From NCBI RefSeq assembly GCF_000970685.1, contig NZ_LAJB01000002.1, forward strand, positions 317,854 to 341,853: a DNA stretch of 24,000 nt, given 5' to 3'. Below the pieces are notes generated by a model. That model was not told the origin of the DNA. It was given only the letters and a program-made list of their open reading frames with translations, and ran no database searches. Both the position numbers and the translations under genes were made by a program. Numbering within the stretch: the first letter of the stretch is position 1; each line of letters opens with the position of its first letter. The stretch is from Domibacillus indicus. Lineage in GTDB: Bacteria; Bacillota; Bacilli; Bacillales; Domibacillaceae. Shown in pieces: positions 1 to 7,630 of the stretch.

Positions 1-927
1 ACGAACGCAGTTTGCACCTAATGATTTAATCAATTCGATATCACGATACATTGCTTCAATGGGAATCGCACATCCAAATTCCGCATAGTCTTCATGGCGG
101 TTTACGCCTTTGATGATCACTTTTTCTCCATTAAACAATATATCCTTTCCGTCGGCTTTTATATCACGAAAGCCTACTCTGTCTATGATATCGTCCACTA
201 CTTTATCATTGTATAAAAGACTGGCATCCATCATATACAATTTAGGATTTTGCAATGTATATGCAGCTGCAAAAGGAAATTCAAAGGTATTCTCCAATAG
301 TGTTTCAGCATTCGGAGGAAGTACTTTGTCAGCAAAGGAAACCTCTTCATCCCCGATCTTAATTTTCAGTGTTATATTCTTTTGCTCATTGGAAAGATTA
401 CTTACCGAGGCACTGATTGATGCACACCATTTCTCATTTTCCCGATATGGAATAAAGCGGACATTTTTAATAAACATTTCACCTATCTCTTCCATTACTA
501 CCGGACGGGTGATTCCACCGTACGAATAGTAATCATTGCTCACATGCAGAGCAGATTCCTCGTGGAAAGAATTATCCACTTTAACCTCCACTAAATGCTC
601 ACCATAGGGGATATCCTGTAATAATACGCTAAATTCAGTATAAGCATTATAGTGGTATCCAACCTGTTTCTTGTCCAGGTAGACATGTGCCGTATGGCTG
701 ACTCCTTTGAATACCAGACGAGCATTGGCTCCAAAGGTTACTTTCTTAGAATACACTGCCTTTCCCTTATAAGAAACCAGCCTGGGATTGCTCTCCCAGC
801 AGCCTGGAACAAGCATTTTAAATTCCTCCTGCTTCTTCTCCTCCGAATCCAAGGTATGAAAATCCCACATAGGATCAAGAGGGATTTCTTTACGTACAAT
901 GTGATTTTGAAATAATCTCGTATTCAT
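1..927 (-). CDS. Glycoside hydrolase family 2 enzyme (beta-glucuronidase/beta-galactosidase-like), N-terminal 309 codons; the rest lies beyond the left edge
   Basis: Absent from the ORF track because there is no stop inside the window. Reverse-strand reading starts at ATG (925-927), preceded by GGAGGA. It gives MNTRLFQNHIVRKEIPLDPMWDFH..VPGCWES..YHYNAYTEF..YYSYGGITRPV..GVNRHEDYAEFGCA..IELIKSLGANCVR. This is the GH2 sugar-binding/Ig-like/early TIM-barrel pattern (NRHED, GAN..R). The + strand ORFs 110-529 and 652-915 are antisense shadows. Confidence 0.8.
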   Translation of the reverse strand, partial: MNTRLFQNHIVRKEIPLDPMWDFHTLDSEEKKQEEFKMLVPGCWESNPRLVSYKGKAVYSKKVTFGANARLVFKGVSHTAHVYLDKKQVGYHYNAYTEFSVLLQDIPYGEHLVEVKVDNSFHEESALHVSNDYYSYGGITRPVVMEEIGEMFIKNVRFIPYRENEKWCASISASVSNLSNEQKNITLKIKIGDEEVSFADKVLPPNAETLLENTFEFPFAAAYTLQNPKLYMMDASLLYNDKVVDDIIDRVGFRDIKADGKDILFNGEKVIIKGVNRHEDYAEFGCAIPIEAMYRDIELIKSLGANCVR

Positions 928-1106
928 TAGCTTCCTCCATAACATTGTGCTTTTTGATGACGCTTACATTACATAAGAATACTGATAAAAAATAAAACAG
1001 AATTAACTATCAAGTTCTTTATCATAGTTAAAATATAAAGAATTGCCGTACTAATTCCAATAAAATATAATAAGATAAAACTGATATATTCTAAGGTGAT
1101 GATGTT

Positions 1107-1889
1107 ATGTTTAAAATTCTGCGCATGGGTTGTAATACGATACATGACAAATACTTTTCGGTTAATCGCCCTAATGGGTATGAATGGAATCTTCTTTTGC
1201 TTGTAAAAACTCCGGCAGTTTTTATTATAAATGGAGAGTCGATAGCTACACCTGCTGATACCCTCATCATCTATGATCGGAATTTCCCTCATAAATATAA
1301 AACAAGCGGCGCTGAGTATAAAAATGACTGGATACATTTTGAAATTGATCCGGTTTTTCTTAATCAATATCCCATAGAGCTAAATACACCATTGTATATC
1401 TCAAATCCTTATTATATATCCGATTTAATTCAGAAAATGGCAAATGAGTTTTACTCAAACAATCCTTACAAGGAGCGCACCATCGAATATTTGATGCAGA
1501 TTTTATTTGTAAAAACGAAAGAACAAATGGAGACAAAGAACTTTCACCCCTGGCACTCAAAAATTCATAATGAACTAATTAAACTAAGAAGTGAAATACA
1601 CAGCAACCCGCAAAACAACTGGTCAATACCATTAATGGCTGATAAGCTGCATATAAGCTGTGGCTATTTACAAAATATTTATAAAGATGCCTTTAACATC
1701 TCCTGTATGTCGGATGTTATAGAAAGCCGCATTACTTATGCCAAAGAGCTTTTAATCGAATCAGATTTTCCAGTCGGTGAAATATCGAGTTTATGCGGCT
1801 ATCAAAATGACGTCCATTTTATGAGACAGTTTAAGAAGCTGACTACTTTAACTCCCACTGAATACCGCAGGTTGAACAGCAAACGGTAA
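1107..1889 (+). CDS. AraC/XylS-family transcriptional regulator
   Basis: 260 aa. The C-terminal double HTH reads WSIPLMADKLHISCGYLQNIYKDAFNIS...EISSLCGYQNDVHFMRQFKKLTTLTPTEYRR. It is divergent from the GH2 gene, the classic regulator/glycosidase arrangement. Confidence 0.85.
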   Translation: MFKILRMGCNTIHDKYFSVNRPNGYEWNLLLLVKTPAVFIINGESIATPADTLIIYDRNFPHKYKTSGAEYKNDWIHFEIDPVFLNQYPIELNTPLYISNPYYISDLIQKMANEFYSNNPYKERTIEYLMQILFVKTKEQMETKNFHPWHSKIHNELIKLRSEIHSNPQNNWSIPLMADKLHISCGYLQNIYKDAFNISCMSDVIESRITYAKELLIESDFPVGEISSLCGYQNDVHFMRQFKKLTTLTPTEYRRLNSKR

Positions 1890-1986
1890 CAGAGGGGTTT
1901 CCTTCTGCACTTAATTCGCTGGCAATGTGAAGGAGATTTTTCCTGATGAATGGTAAAAAGACTTCTTAAAATCACGAAGAAAAAAG

Positions 1987-2036
1987 AAAAGAAGCCCACT
2001 ATCTGCATATAGCAGGCAGTCAGCTTCTTTTTCTTT
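1987..2036 (+). terminator. Possible intrinsic terminator after the AraC gene
   Basis: AAAGAAGC (1987-1994) pairs with GCTTCTTT (2022-2029). There is an inner CTGC/GCAG hairpin, followed by TTTTTCTTT. The loop is long, so the call is weak. Confidence 0.35.
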
Positions 2037-2160
2037 AAATAGACTTTTTCAGACCCTCGCCTGGCGGGCAGCCGAAACCGGGGTGATCCCCAAAGGCACA
2101 ACCGCCGGTAATCGTTTGTTGGCGGCCTGAATCTGCTTCCCGCCCGGAGCAGGCTGTGGT

Positions 2161-2697
2161 TTATTCTAAAATAATCTCTCCCGTATGTTTTGCATTTTCT
2201 ATAATCGAAAACACTCTCGAATAACAGCTCTGAATCGTTTTCTTTGTTTGTTGATGATCGTACAGGCTCAATCCGAAATATGTATCATGAAAGTACCCAA
2301 TCAAATAATCACCTGATTGTGATGCATGGGCGTCTTCATAGGAAAGCTCTTCATCAATAAATGCTAAATATACCTTCTCGGACTCGATAAATACAAAAGG
2401 AACAGGAGACTTCAGGTAAGCGGCCGCGTACTCGGGCTCTGCTGCTTCCGGTAAATGATCTTTGGTGATAAACACCGCATCCGCATTTTTAATATTTCCT
2501 TTTTCCACGTCTTCGAGGGTCAATGAAATAAACTGCACATTGCTTTCCCTCATTTCAGGAGGTTTACCCACAATGCCGATTTCCAGGCTTCCCCCTGTAT
2601 ATAATGGTGAATGGAAGTTATTCACTTCCTGACTGCAAGCTGACAGCATTGAAGCCAAAATAAGCAGCAGAATGGGGTTCAAAAGGCGGTTCCGCAT
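2161..2697 (-). CDS. Lipoprotein, function unknown
   Basis: 178 aa. N-terminus MRNRLLNPILLLILASMLSAC carries a lipobox (LSAC). Strong RBS AAGGAGGAGGAG. Sits 24 nt downstream of the 136-aa ORF on the same strand. Confidence 0.7.
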   Translation of the reverse strand: MRNRLLNPILLLILASMLSACSQEVNNFHSPLYTGGSLEIGIVGKPPEMRESNVQFISLTLEDVEKGNIKNADAVFITKDHLPEAAEPEYAAAYLKSPVPFVFIESEKVYLAFIDEELSYEDAHASQSGDYLIGYFHDTYFGLSLYDHQQTKKTIQSCYSRVFSIIENAKHTGEIILE

Positions 2698-2721
2698 GCT
2701 CCTCCTCCTTTTATAAAATGA

Positions 2722-3132
2722 CTATATAACATCAATTCCAGCTTGCTTAAATGGCTCCAGCACCTCCGGGTAACACATTGAAACATAATCCACTTCTTTT
2801 AAATTCGGTAAATTCTGAAAGCCTTCAACAGAAGTTACATCAAATAAACTGTCCTCGCCATCCCAATCGGGCTTTAAAATATGGTAAATGTCATTGCCCC
2901 CGTCAAAACAAAGGGATTCAACCTTGTCAAGGTCCCTTTTTTCCAGAGTTACTTCTTCTAAATAGTCCCTGATTTCTTCAATAGGCCCATTTCCAGCATA
3001 CCATTCAAAACAACTGGTATACTTATTTTTCAATTCTATTAACTCTTCCAGAAAGAGAGGCTCTTTGTCCAATAATGCTTCGATGACCACCAATTTAAAG
3101 TTAAAATCCTGAAACATTCCGCTTTTATCCAT
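2722..3132 (-). CDS. Acidic cytoplasmic protein, function unknown (possibly immunity-associated)
   Basis: 136 aa. RBS AGGAGG lies 7 nt upstream of the ATG. Motifs include FEWYAGNGPIEEI, CFDGGNDIY and PDWDGEDSLF. I cannot name a family with confidence. Confidence 0.6.
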   Translation of the reverse strand: MDKSGMFQDFNFKLVVIEALLDKEPLFLEELIELKNKYTSCFEWYAGNGPIEEIRDYLEEVTLEKRDLDKVESLCFDGGNDIYHILKPDWDGEDSLFDVTSVEGFQNLPNLKEVDYVSMCYPEVLEPFKQAGIDVI

Positions 3133-3292
3133 GATCTTGCCTCCTAATTTATTAACTGACCCAGTCTGAACGTTAAACTTTTGAAAAAAATAGAAAAAAT
3201 AAAAGATTATCCCTCCTGCTTATTATACAATACTCTTATATCACAAATTCAATAGATATAGTGGATACGTTACAGAGGGAGGAGGATGAACC

Positions 3293-3436
3293 ATGAGGTT
3301 TGTGGATGAACTGGCGGATTTTTTATATGATATTTTCGCGTTTATACTGCGGCCGGTCAGCTATTTCGCTGCCGGAATGATCCTTGTTTCGCTTCCTCTT
3401 TATCTGATTGTCTGGATATTTGGCTTCTTTCATTAA
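3293..3436 (+). CDS. Small hydrophobic protein, 47 aa (below ORF-track cutoff)
   Basis: GGAGGAGG (3278-3285) lies 7 nt before ATG 3293. Translation: MRFVDELADFLYDIFAFILRPVSYFAAGMILVSLPLYLIVWIFGFFH, stop TAA 3434-3436. It competes with the RBS-less antisense ORF 3323-3508. Confidence 0.5.
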   Translation: MRFVDELADFLYDIFAFILRPVSYFAAGMILVSLPLYLIVWIFGFFH

Positions 3437-3478
3437 AATGGAAGTCATTTTTTTACGAAATACCAGACCATGTTGAAA

Positions 3479-3518
3479 GATGGATCCCCGGGTCTCCAGG
3501 TGATCCATCTGTGTTTTA
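3479..3518 (+). terminator. Hairpin, possible terminator
   Basis: GATGGATC (3479-3486) and GATCCATC (3502-3509) form an 8-bp stem with a 15-nt loop, followed by TGTGTTTTA. It lies between the small + ORF and the stop of the convergent HAD gene. Confidence 0.35.
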
Positions 3519-3529
3519 CTCTCTCCAAA

Positions 3530-4378
3530 TTAATTGATAATGGATTTTAACGTGTTCATAATCCCTTCTGAATACTGCCCTTTCGCAATCGCTGAATAAG
3601 CATTTTTTGCTTCTTGTGTCGCATTCTGTACCAGGTAACCATATTTCACGGTTTCCAGCATGCGCAGGTCGTTTCCGCTGTCTCCAAACGCAAAAGCATT
3701 TTCTGGCTGCAAATGATATTTCGCCAGCATAAATCGTACAATTTGATCTTTTCCGGTGCCGATTGGAATAAAATCCACATCAAAACTATCTTCTGGATCG
3801 CCAGCAAGAGGATTGCAGCGATTGATATTGACTGCCACCCTGTACTTCTTTCCTGCTGCTTTAATGGCTAATAAATTTTCCTCGTCTACTATTTCACTTT
3901 GCTCTTTATAGTAATAATTATATTTATAACGAGAGCTTCCCAATTGCGTTTGCGGGCTTAAAAGAATATTGTTTTTCTCATGCAGAAAGGTAACGATCTC
4001 TTCAATCTTCTCTTTAGTGAAATTTTCACTTACGGTTCGAGAATGCCATTCCATATCCTGCCGGCCGAAGTTATGTTCCGAAAAGTAGGTGATTTCCGTT
4101 CCCAAATCACTCGCTATAAAATGGGGGAAAAACCTGAGCCCTCCCCGTTTCATTTTGTCTAGAATCGACTCGATGCTGCTTCCGGTAACCCACCCAATAA
4201 CAAGTGTCCCTTCTTCACTTTTTTGCTTTGCATAATCCTCAAGCTCGTACAAATCTTGCTGACGCTTATTACTCATGGTGTGAGGATAATATGTTTCATC
4301 AAAATCACAAAATACAATGTATTTTGGGTTTCTGACAGGCGGTAGCAACGTAAATTCCGCTTTTTTATTTAATAGCAT
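3530..4378 (-). CDS. HAD-IIB family sugar-phosphate phosphatase
   Basis: HAD motif I is FCDFDETY (DxDxT) and motif IV is GDSGNDLRML. I prefer the start at Met7 (MLLNKK; ATG 4376-4378), because GGAGGG lies 7 nt upstream. That gives 282 aa. The ORF track extends it to 4396. Confidence 0.85.
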   Translation of the reverse strand: MLLNKKAEFTLLPPVRNPKYIVFCDFDETYYPHTMSNKRQQDLYELEDYAKQKSEEGTLVIGWVTGSSIESILDKMKRGGLRFFPHFIASDLGTEITYFSEHNFGRQDMEWHSRTVSENFTKEKIEEIVTFLHEKNNILLSPQTQLGSSRYKYNYYYKEQSEIVDEENLLAIKAAGKKYRVAVNINRCNPLAGDPEDSFDVDFIPIGTGKDQIVRFMLAKYHLQPENAFAFGDSGNDLRMLETVKYGYLVQNATQEAKNAYSAIAKGQYSEGIMNTLKSIIN

Positions 4379-4785
4379 TACTAATCCCTCCATCACTCTG
4401 TTTTATTCTTCAAAGGTGAGCCCTCTATCCCAGACAGTGAAAAAATTCTATACGTGACCTTTTGGCAATTCAGGCAGTTCACGTATTCCTGATTTCCCTA
4501 AATCCCCCGGTCCATTGCTGCATTGTCGACGCCTGACATTATTCAATGAGACATGCGCAATACATTGTAATCCAATAGCCGCCTGTTGCAATTATGTCCT
4601 TTTTTTGTAAATATGGAGCTAACGTGCCTTCTAGCTGATCGAGACATGGACCTTCTTCGCACATTTATGATCCTGTAAAGGCTTTTAAAATGTCCCGGCG
4701 ACCTTTGAGCTTGACAAATGTCTGCAAGATACCGCTTCTCCAACTGCTTATCATTATGTGGAACTTACAAGCTCATATTAATTTC

Positions 4786-4799
4786 TGAAATCGATAACA
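4786..4799. promoter_or_regulatory. cre-like / LacI-family operator, TGAAATCGATAACA
   Basis: Matches every fixed position of the cre consensus TGWAANCGNTNWCA. It lies 30 nt upstream of the LacI-family gene start. Confidence 0.5.
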
Positions 4800-4828
4800 T
4801 GTCAACATTTTTTTAAGGATGATAAACG

Positions 4829-5818
4829 ATGGCCAGTATTGATGAAATAGCTAAATTATGCAATGTTTCAAAAACAACCGTATCCCGTGTGCTTAATAAT
4901 CACCCGTATGTATCGAAAGAAAAAAGAGAGCAAATCTTAAAGGTAATAAAAGAACTAGATTATACACCCAGCTCGCTTGCACGTAGTCTTAGAACCAGTA
5001 AAACTCATACAATCGCTGTATCGGTTCCAAGTATTGACCATCCATTTTTTGCTCAGCTCATTAAAGGTATTTCTCATGAAGCCTTAACATACAGTTATAA
5101 ATCCCTTATCTTTCAAACTTTTTATAATCAAGCAGTCGAATTGGAATTGATGGAGCTGCTGCGAAATAAAGAAGTCGATGGAATTATTTTAGGGGCACTG
5201 GAAAATGAGTGGGAATTGATAGAGCCTTTTTTAAAATACGGCCCCATTTTATTATGTAACGAATACCACCCTTCAGCTGATATACCTATTATAGGTTATG
5301 ACGAATTTGAAGCCGCCTCCAAAGCTGTCAGCTATTTAATCGAAAAAGGGCACCAGAAAATAGGGTTCTGCTATGATCACTCCTACAGTGAAGCCCAGCG
5401 ACAACGAAAAGCAGGGTATCGAAAGGCTTTATTGGCTCATAAACTGCCGCACAAGAAAGAATGGCTATTCGGTAAAGCATTTGATATTGAAGATGGATTC
5501 CGTATCTTTAACGAAATCTATAAGTTAAAAGAAAAACCTACTGCTTTGTTTACAGGAAGTGACCAGGTGGCTGCGGGAATTATTAAAAAAGCGGTCTCCA
5601 GTGGATACAAAATACCAGAGGACCTGGCTGTGATCGGATATGACAATCAATTAATCTGCCAGGTATCGGCTCCCGCTATTACAACAATTGATATACCCAT
5701 TATGGAACTGGGACAGCAAGCCGCTCGCATATTGATACAATCGATAAAACAGCAGGCGGAATTAAAGCGGGAAGTTGTAAGGCTGGCTACGAAACTTATT
5801 ATAAGGGAATCAACGTAG
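4829..5818 (+). CDS. LacI-family transcriptional regulator
   Basis: 329 aa. N-terminal HTH reads IDEIAKLCNVSKTTVSRVLNNHPYVSKEKREQILKVIKELDYTPSSLARSLR, followed by a periplasmic-binding-protein-like sugar-binding fold. Confidence 0.9.
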   Translation: MASIDEIAKLCNVSKTTVSRVLNNHPYVSKEKREQILKVIKELDYTPSSLARSLRTSKTHTIAVSVPSIDHPFFAQLIKGISHEALTYSYKSLIFQTFYNQAVELELMELLRNKEVDGIILGALENEWELIEPFLKYGPILLCNEYHPSADIPIIGYDEFEAASKAVSYLIEKGHQKIGFCYDHSYSEAQRQRKAGYRKALLAHKLPHKKEWLFGKAFDIEDGFRIFNEIYKLKEKPTALFTGSDQVAAGIIKKAVSSGYKIPEDLAVIGYDNQLICQVSAPAITTIDIPIMELGQQAARILIQSIKQQAELKREVVRLATKLIIREST

Positions 5819-6147
5819 ATCCATCTGAATAGTAAAGAGCCGTTTCATCCGTTTTTGAAGAATTCCGGACAAAAAATCCACAAATCGATCTTTTATGCAG
5901 TGAAACAAGCGATAGGACAATCCCTTAAAAAAAGTGCAGAATAACAGCGCTTGATCCAGGAAAGAAATGGCGGCATTCACAGGGCTACGCGTTCCATTTG
6001 TAAAATTCCTGCTGTTTTATAAAAAGCAAAACAGCTGGTAATGCCGCGATGATCCTGAAGCCCGGGGAATGGCTTGCCTAGAATTGGTGATAAGCAATGA
6101 AAGCATTGAACTTGATAAGGAGGCCTGGCTTTCAAACGGGGGCTGAA

Positions 6148-6399
6148 TTACTTGACCACTACATGGTCCGACAAAATTTTATCCGTCAAAAGCCTGTACA
6201 GCTTTTCTGAGTCTGCTTCATTCAATTGAACATATAAGGGCTTGCCTTCAACGGTAAGTTCAACCTTTTTGTCCCCGGGACTTACCCAGCTGTTCCTTGC
6301 TTCAAAAAAACACCCCGGATTTTCGAAATCCAGAGCGCCATAGTTACTTTGTAGAGGCAATTGATAACCACCTTTATGAGGCATGAAAAAGAAATTCAA
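6148..6399 (-). CDS. Hypothetical protein, 83 aa
   Basis: TTG start with AGGAGG 5 nt upstream. No family recognised. Confidence 0.45.
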   Translation of the reverse strand: MNFFFMPHKGGYQLPLQSNYGALDFENPGCFFEARNSWVSPGDKKVELTVEGKPLYVQLNEADSEKLYRLLTDKILSDHVVVK

Positions 6400-6413
6400 T
6401 TGAGCCTCCTGGA

Positions 6414-6427
6414 TATTTCCGGAAATA
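6414..6427. promoter_or_regulatory. Perfect 14-bp palindrome TATTTCCGGAAATA
   Basis: TATTTCC/GGAAATA is perfectly self-complementary. It lies just upstream of the RBS of the 6148-6399 gene, so it is a candidate operator. Confidence 0.3.
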
Positions 6428-6582
6428 AGAATTGATCTTCCTTATGATCAAAGATAATATGTAACTGAGGCCGGTATTTCTCAATGCACCTGATTACGAT
6501 TAATACTACATACTTTTGTGGACACACTTTTTGTTCAACTGTTTGCATTTTGTGTACTGATTACTACAAGGAGCTGAGTAGA

Positions 6583-6672
6583 ATGGAACTTTTATTACTG
6601 GCAGTAAGATTTTTGGCAGAAGTCTCTTCCGCTATTGCCGTTCAGGCTTTCGATTATTTCAACGACAAATAA
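6583..6672 (+). CDS. Possible 29-aa peptide
   Basis: AAGGAG lies 9 nt upstream of ATG 6583. Translation: MELLLLAVRFLAEVSSAIAVQAFDYFNDK. The longer track ORF from 6484 has no RBS and a Cys-rich, unnatural N-terminus. Confidence 0.25.
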   Translation: MELLLLAVRFLAEVSSAIAVQAFDYFNDK

Positions 6673-6683
6673 AGAGGTGCCGT

Positions 6684-6845
6684 ATGTCAGTATTTATATT
6701 TGCAATCAGCCATATAGCTATTGGCTTACTCCTAATTGCTAAATACAAGGAATTGCCAGGTCCATTGTTCACGCTCATCGGTTCATTTTCTGTGATGAGC
6801 CTGTTTTATTGGTCAGCTGCGGTGTTAGAAATGCTTTTTCTATAA
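6684..6845 (+). CDS. Small two-TM membrane protein, 53 aa (below cutoff)
   Basis: AAAGAGGTG lies 4 nt before ATG 6684. Translation: MSVFIFAISHIAIGLLLIAKYKELPGPLFTLIGSFSVMSLFYWSAAVLEMLFL, stop 6843-6845. It starts 11 nt after the previous small ORF. Confidence 0.45.
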   Translation: MSVFIFAISHIAIGLLLIAKYKELPGPLFTLIGSFSVMSLFYWSAAVLEMLFL

Positions 6846-7143
6846 GGCAGCCGCATTTTTTCAACTTTTATCTCCTGCAATAATTTATTTTCGTATAGAT
6901 AATTACCCCTATAATCTCCCTGCTTTTAAGCTTCACTACCTTGTTAATTTGTGACCTCAAAAGGGGCCGCAAGCGTAAATTGAGATTTTTGTTTCGCAGG
7001 AAAAACGGATAATGATCCTATACTGTCCGGGGTCCAGCTTCTCCTCCAGTTAATCAAGTGAAAAAGGAATTTTCCCTTCGCTCTCTGACACCATGCCTGT
7101 TCCTGCTCCGAGACAGTTTTTTATTTTCTCTTACGGCATCGGC

Positions 7144-7180
7144 TTAAAAATAAAAATGAAAGACTGTGAAGCCTTTCATT
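7144..7180 (-). terminator. Weak A/U-rich hairpin plus U-tract
   Basis: AATGAAAG (7155-7162) pairs with CTTTCATT (7173-7180). The minus-strand RNA continues UUUAUUUUUAA. It overlaps the stop codon of the 93-aa ORF. Confidence 0.35.
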
Positions 7181-7457
7181 TTTCAGATATGCTGGAAGCT
7201 TTGAATAGTTTTTCAGTGAGAAAATAAGCGAGTGTTGCTGCTGCAAACATGATAACAGCAAAGGTTTCGTTTAAAGATGTTTGACCGAAAGCTGTCTGTG
7301 AATCTAGACTGCCTCCTGCTGAAGAAAAATCAGGCGCATACGACAGGGTAAGAAGCAGGCCGATTCCGATCTGGGCGGCCGTAAACAGCAAAGCAAAGCT
7401 AATCAAAAAGACGAAATATTTTTTGATGATCCTCACTCCTTTTTCCCATTTACGCAT
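7176..7457 (-). CDS. Small membrane protein, 93 aa
   Basis: Two hydrophobic segments: YFVFLISFALLFTAAQIGIGLLLTL and FAVIMFAAATLAYFL. The start is uncertain. ATG 7457 has no SD, and an internal AAAGGAG is followed only by non-canonical codons. Confidence 0.5.
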   Translation of the reverse strand: MRKWEKGVRIIKKYFVFLISFALLFTAAQIGIGLLLTLSYAPDFSSAGGSLDSQTAFGQTSLNETFAVIMFAAATLAYFLTEKLFKASSISEK

Positions 7458-7539
7458 ATGTTTGGTTCAGGTTTCAAATTTTCACAATATTTCCACAAAA
7501 AAACCTTAGAAGAACCATCATCATGGCTGGCAGCTCGTC

Positions 7540-7587
7540 AAATAAAAACAAGCACAGGGAAGCCCATGTTATAGGGCTTCCCTGTGC
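7540..7587 (-). terminator. Rho-independent terminator of the TerC-family gene
   Basis: Perfect 14-bp stem: GCACAGGGAAGCCC (7552-7565) with GGGCTTCCCTGTGC (7574-7587), and an 8-nt loop. The minus-strand RNA continues UUGUUUUUAUUU. Confidence 0.85.
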
Positions 7588-7630
7588 TGCCTGTTGCTTC
7601 ATTTTACATTTCTTTAGATGATTTTGCCTT

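Noticed and set aside
110-915. The + strand ORFs 110-529 and 652-915
   Set aside because: Low-complexity translations with no RBS, entirely antisense to a well-supported GH2 coding frame that runs off the window edge.
969-2101. Minus-strand ORFs 969-1367, 1360-1560 and 1802-2101
   Set aside because: They are antisense shadows of the AraC gene or span intergenic AT-rich and GC-rich DNA. They have no RBS and implausible composition.
3323-3508. 61-aa minus-strand ORF
   Set aside because: No RBS. It overlaps the better-supported 47-aa + strand ORF and a hairpin.
4543-4743. 66-aa minus-strand ORF in the HAD/LacI spacer
   Set aside because: Extremely basic and Arg/Ser-rich, with no RBS. It lies in a regulatory spacer.
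5819-5995. 59-codon GTG-initiated minus-strand ORF overlapping the LacI stop
   Set aside because: No RBS and an unremarkable sequence. It is likely chance in a 330-bp convergent spacer.
6011-6035. Hairpin GCTGTTTT-N9-AAAACAGC between the LacI gene and the 83-aa gene
   Set aside because: No U-tract on either strand, so I did not call it a terminator.
6965-7097. Minus-strand reading MVSESEGKIPFSLD*LEEKLDPGQYRIIIRFSCETKISIYACGPF* (one in-frame TAA)
   Set aside because: It could be a decayed small gene. However, the RBS is weak, I recognise no family, and it is too short to distinguish from chance.
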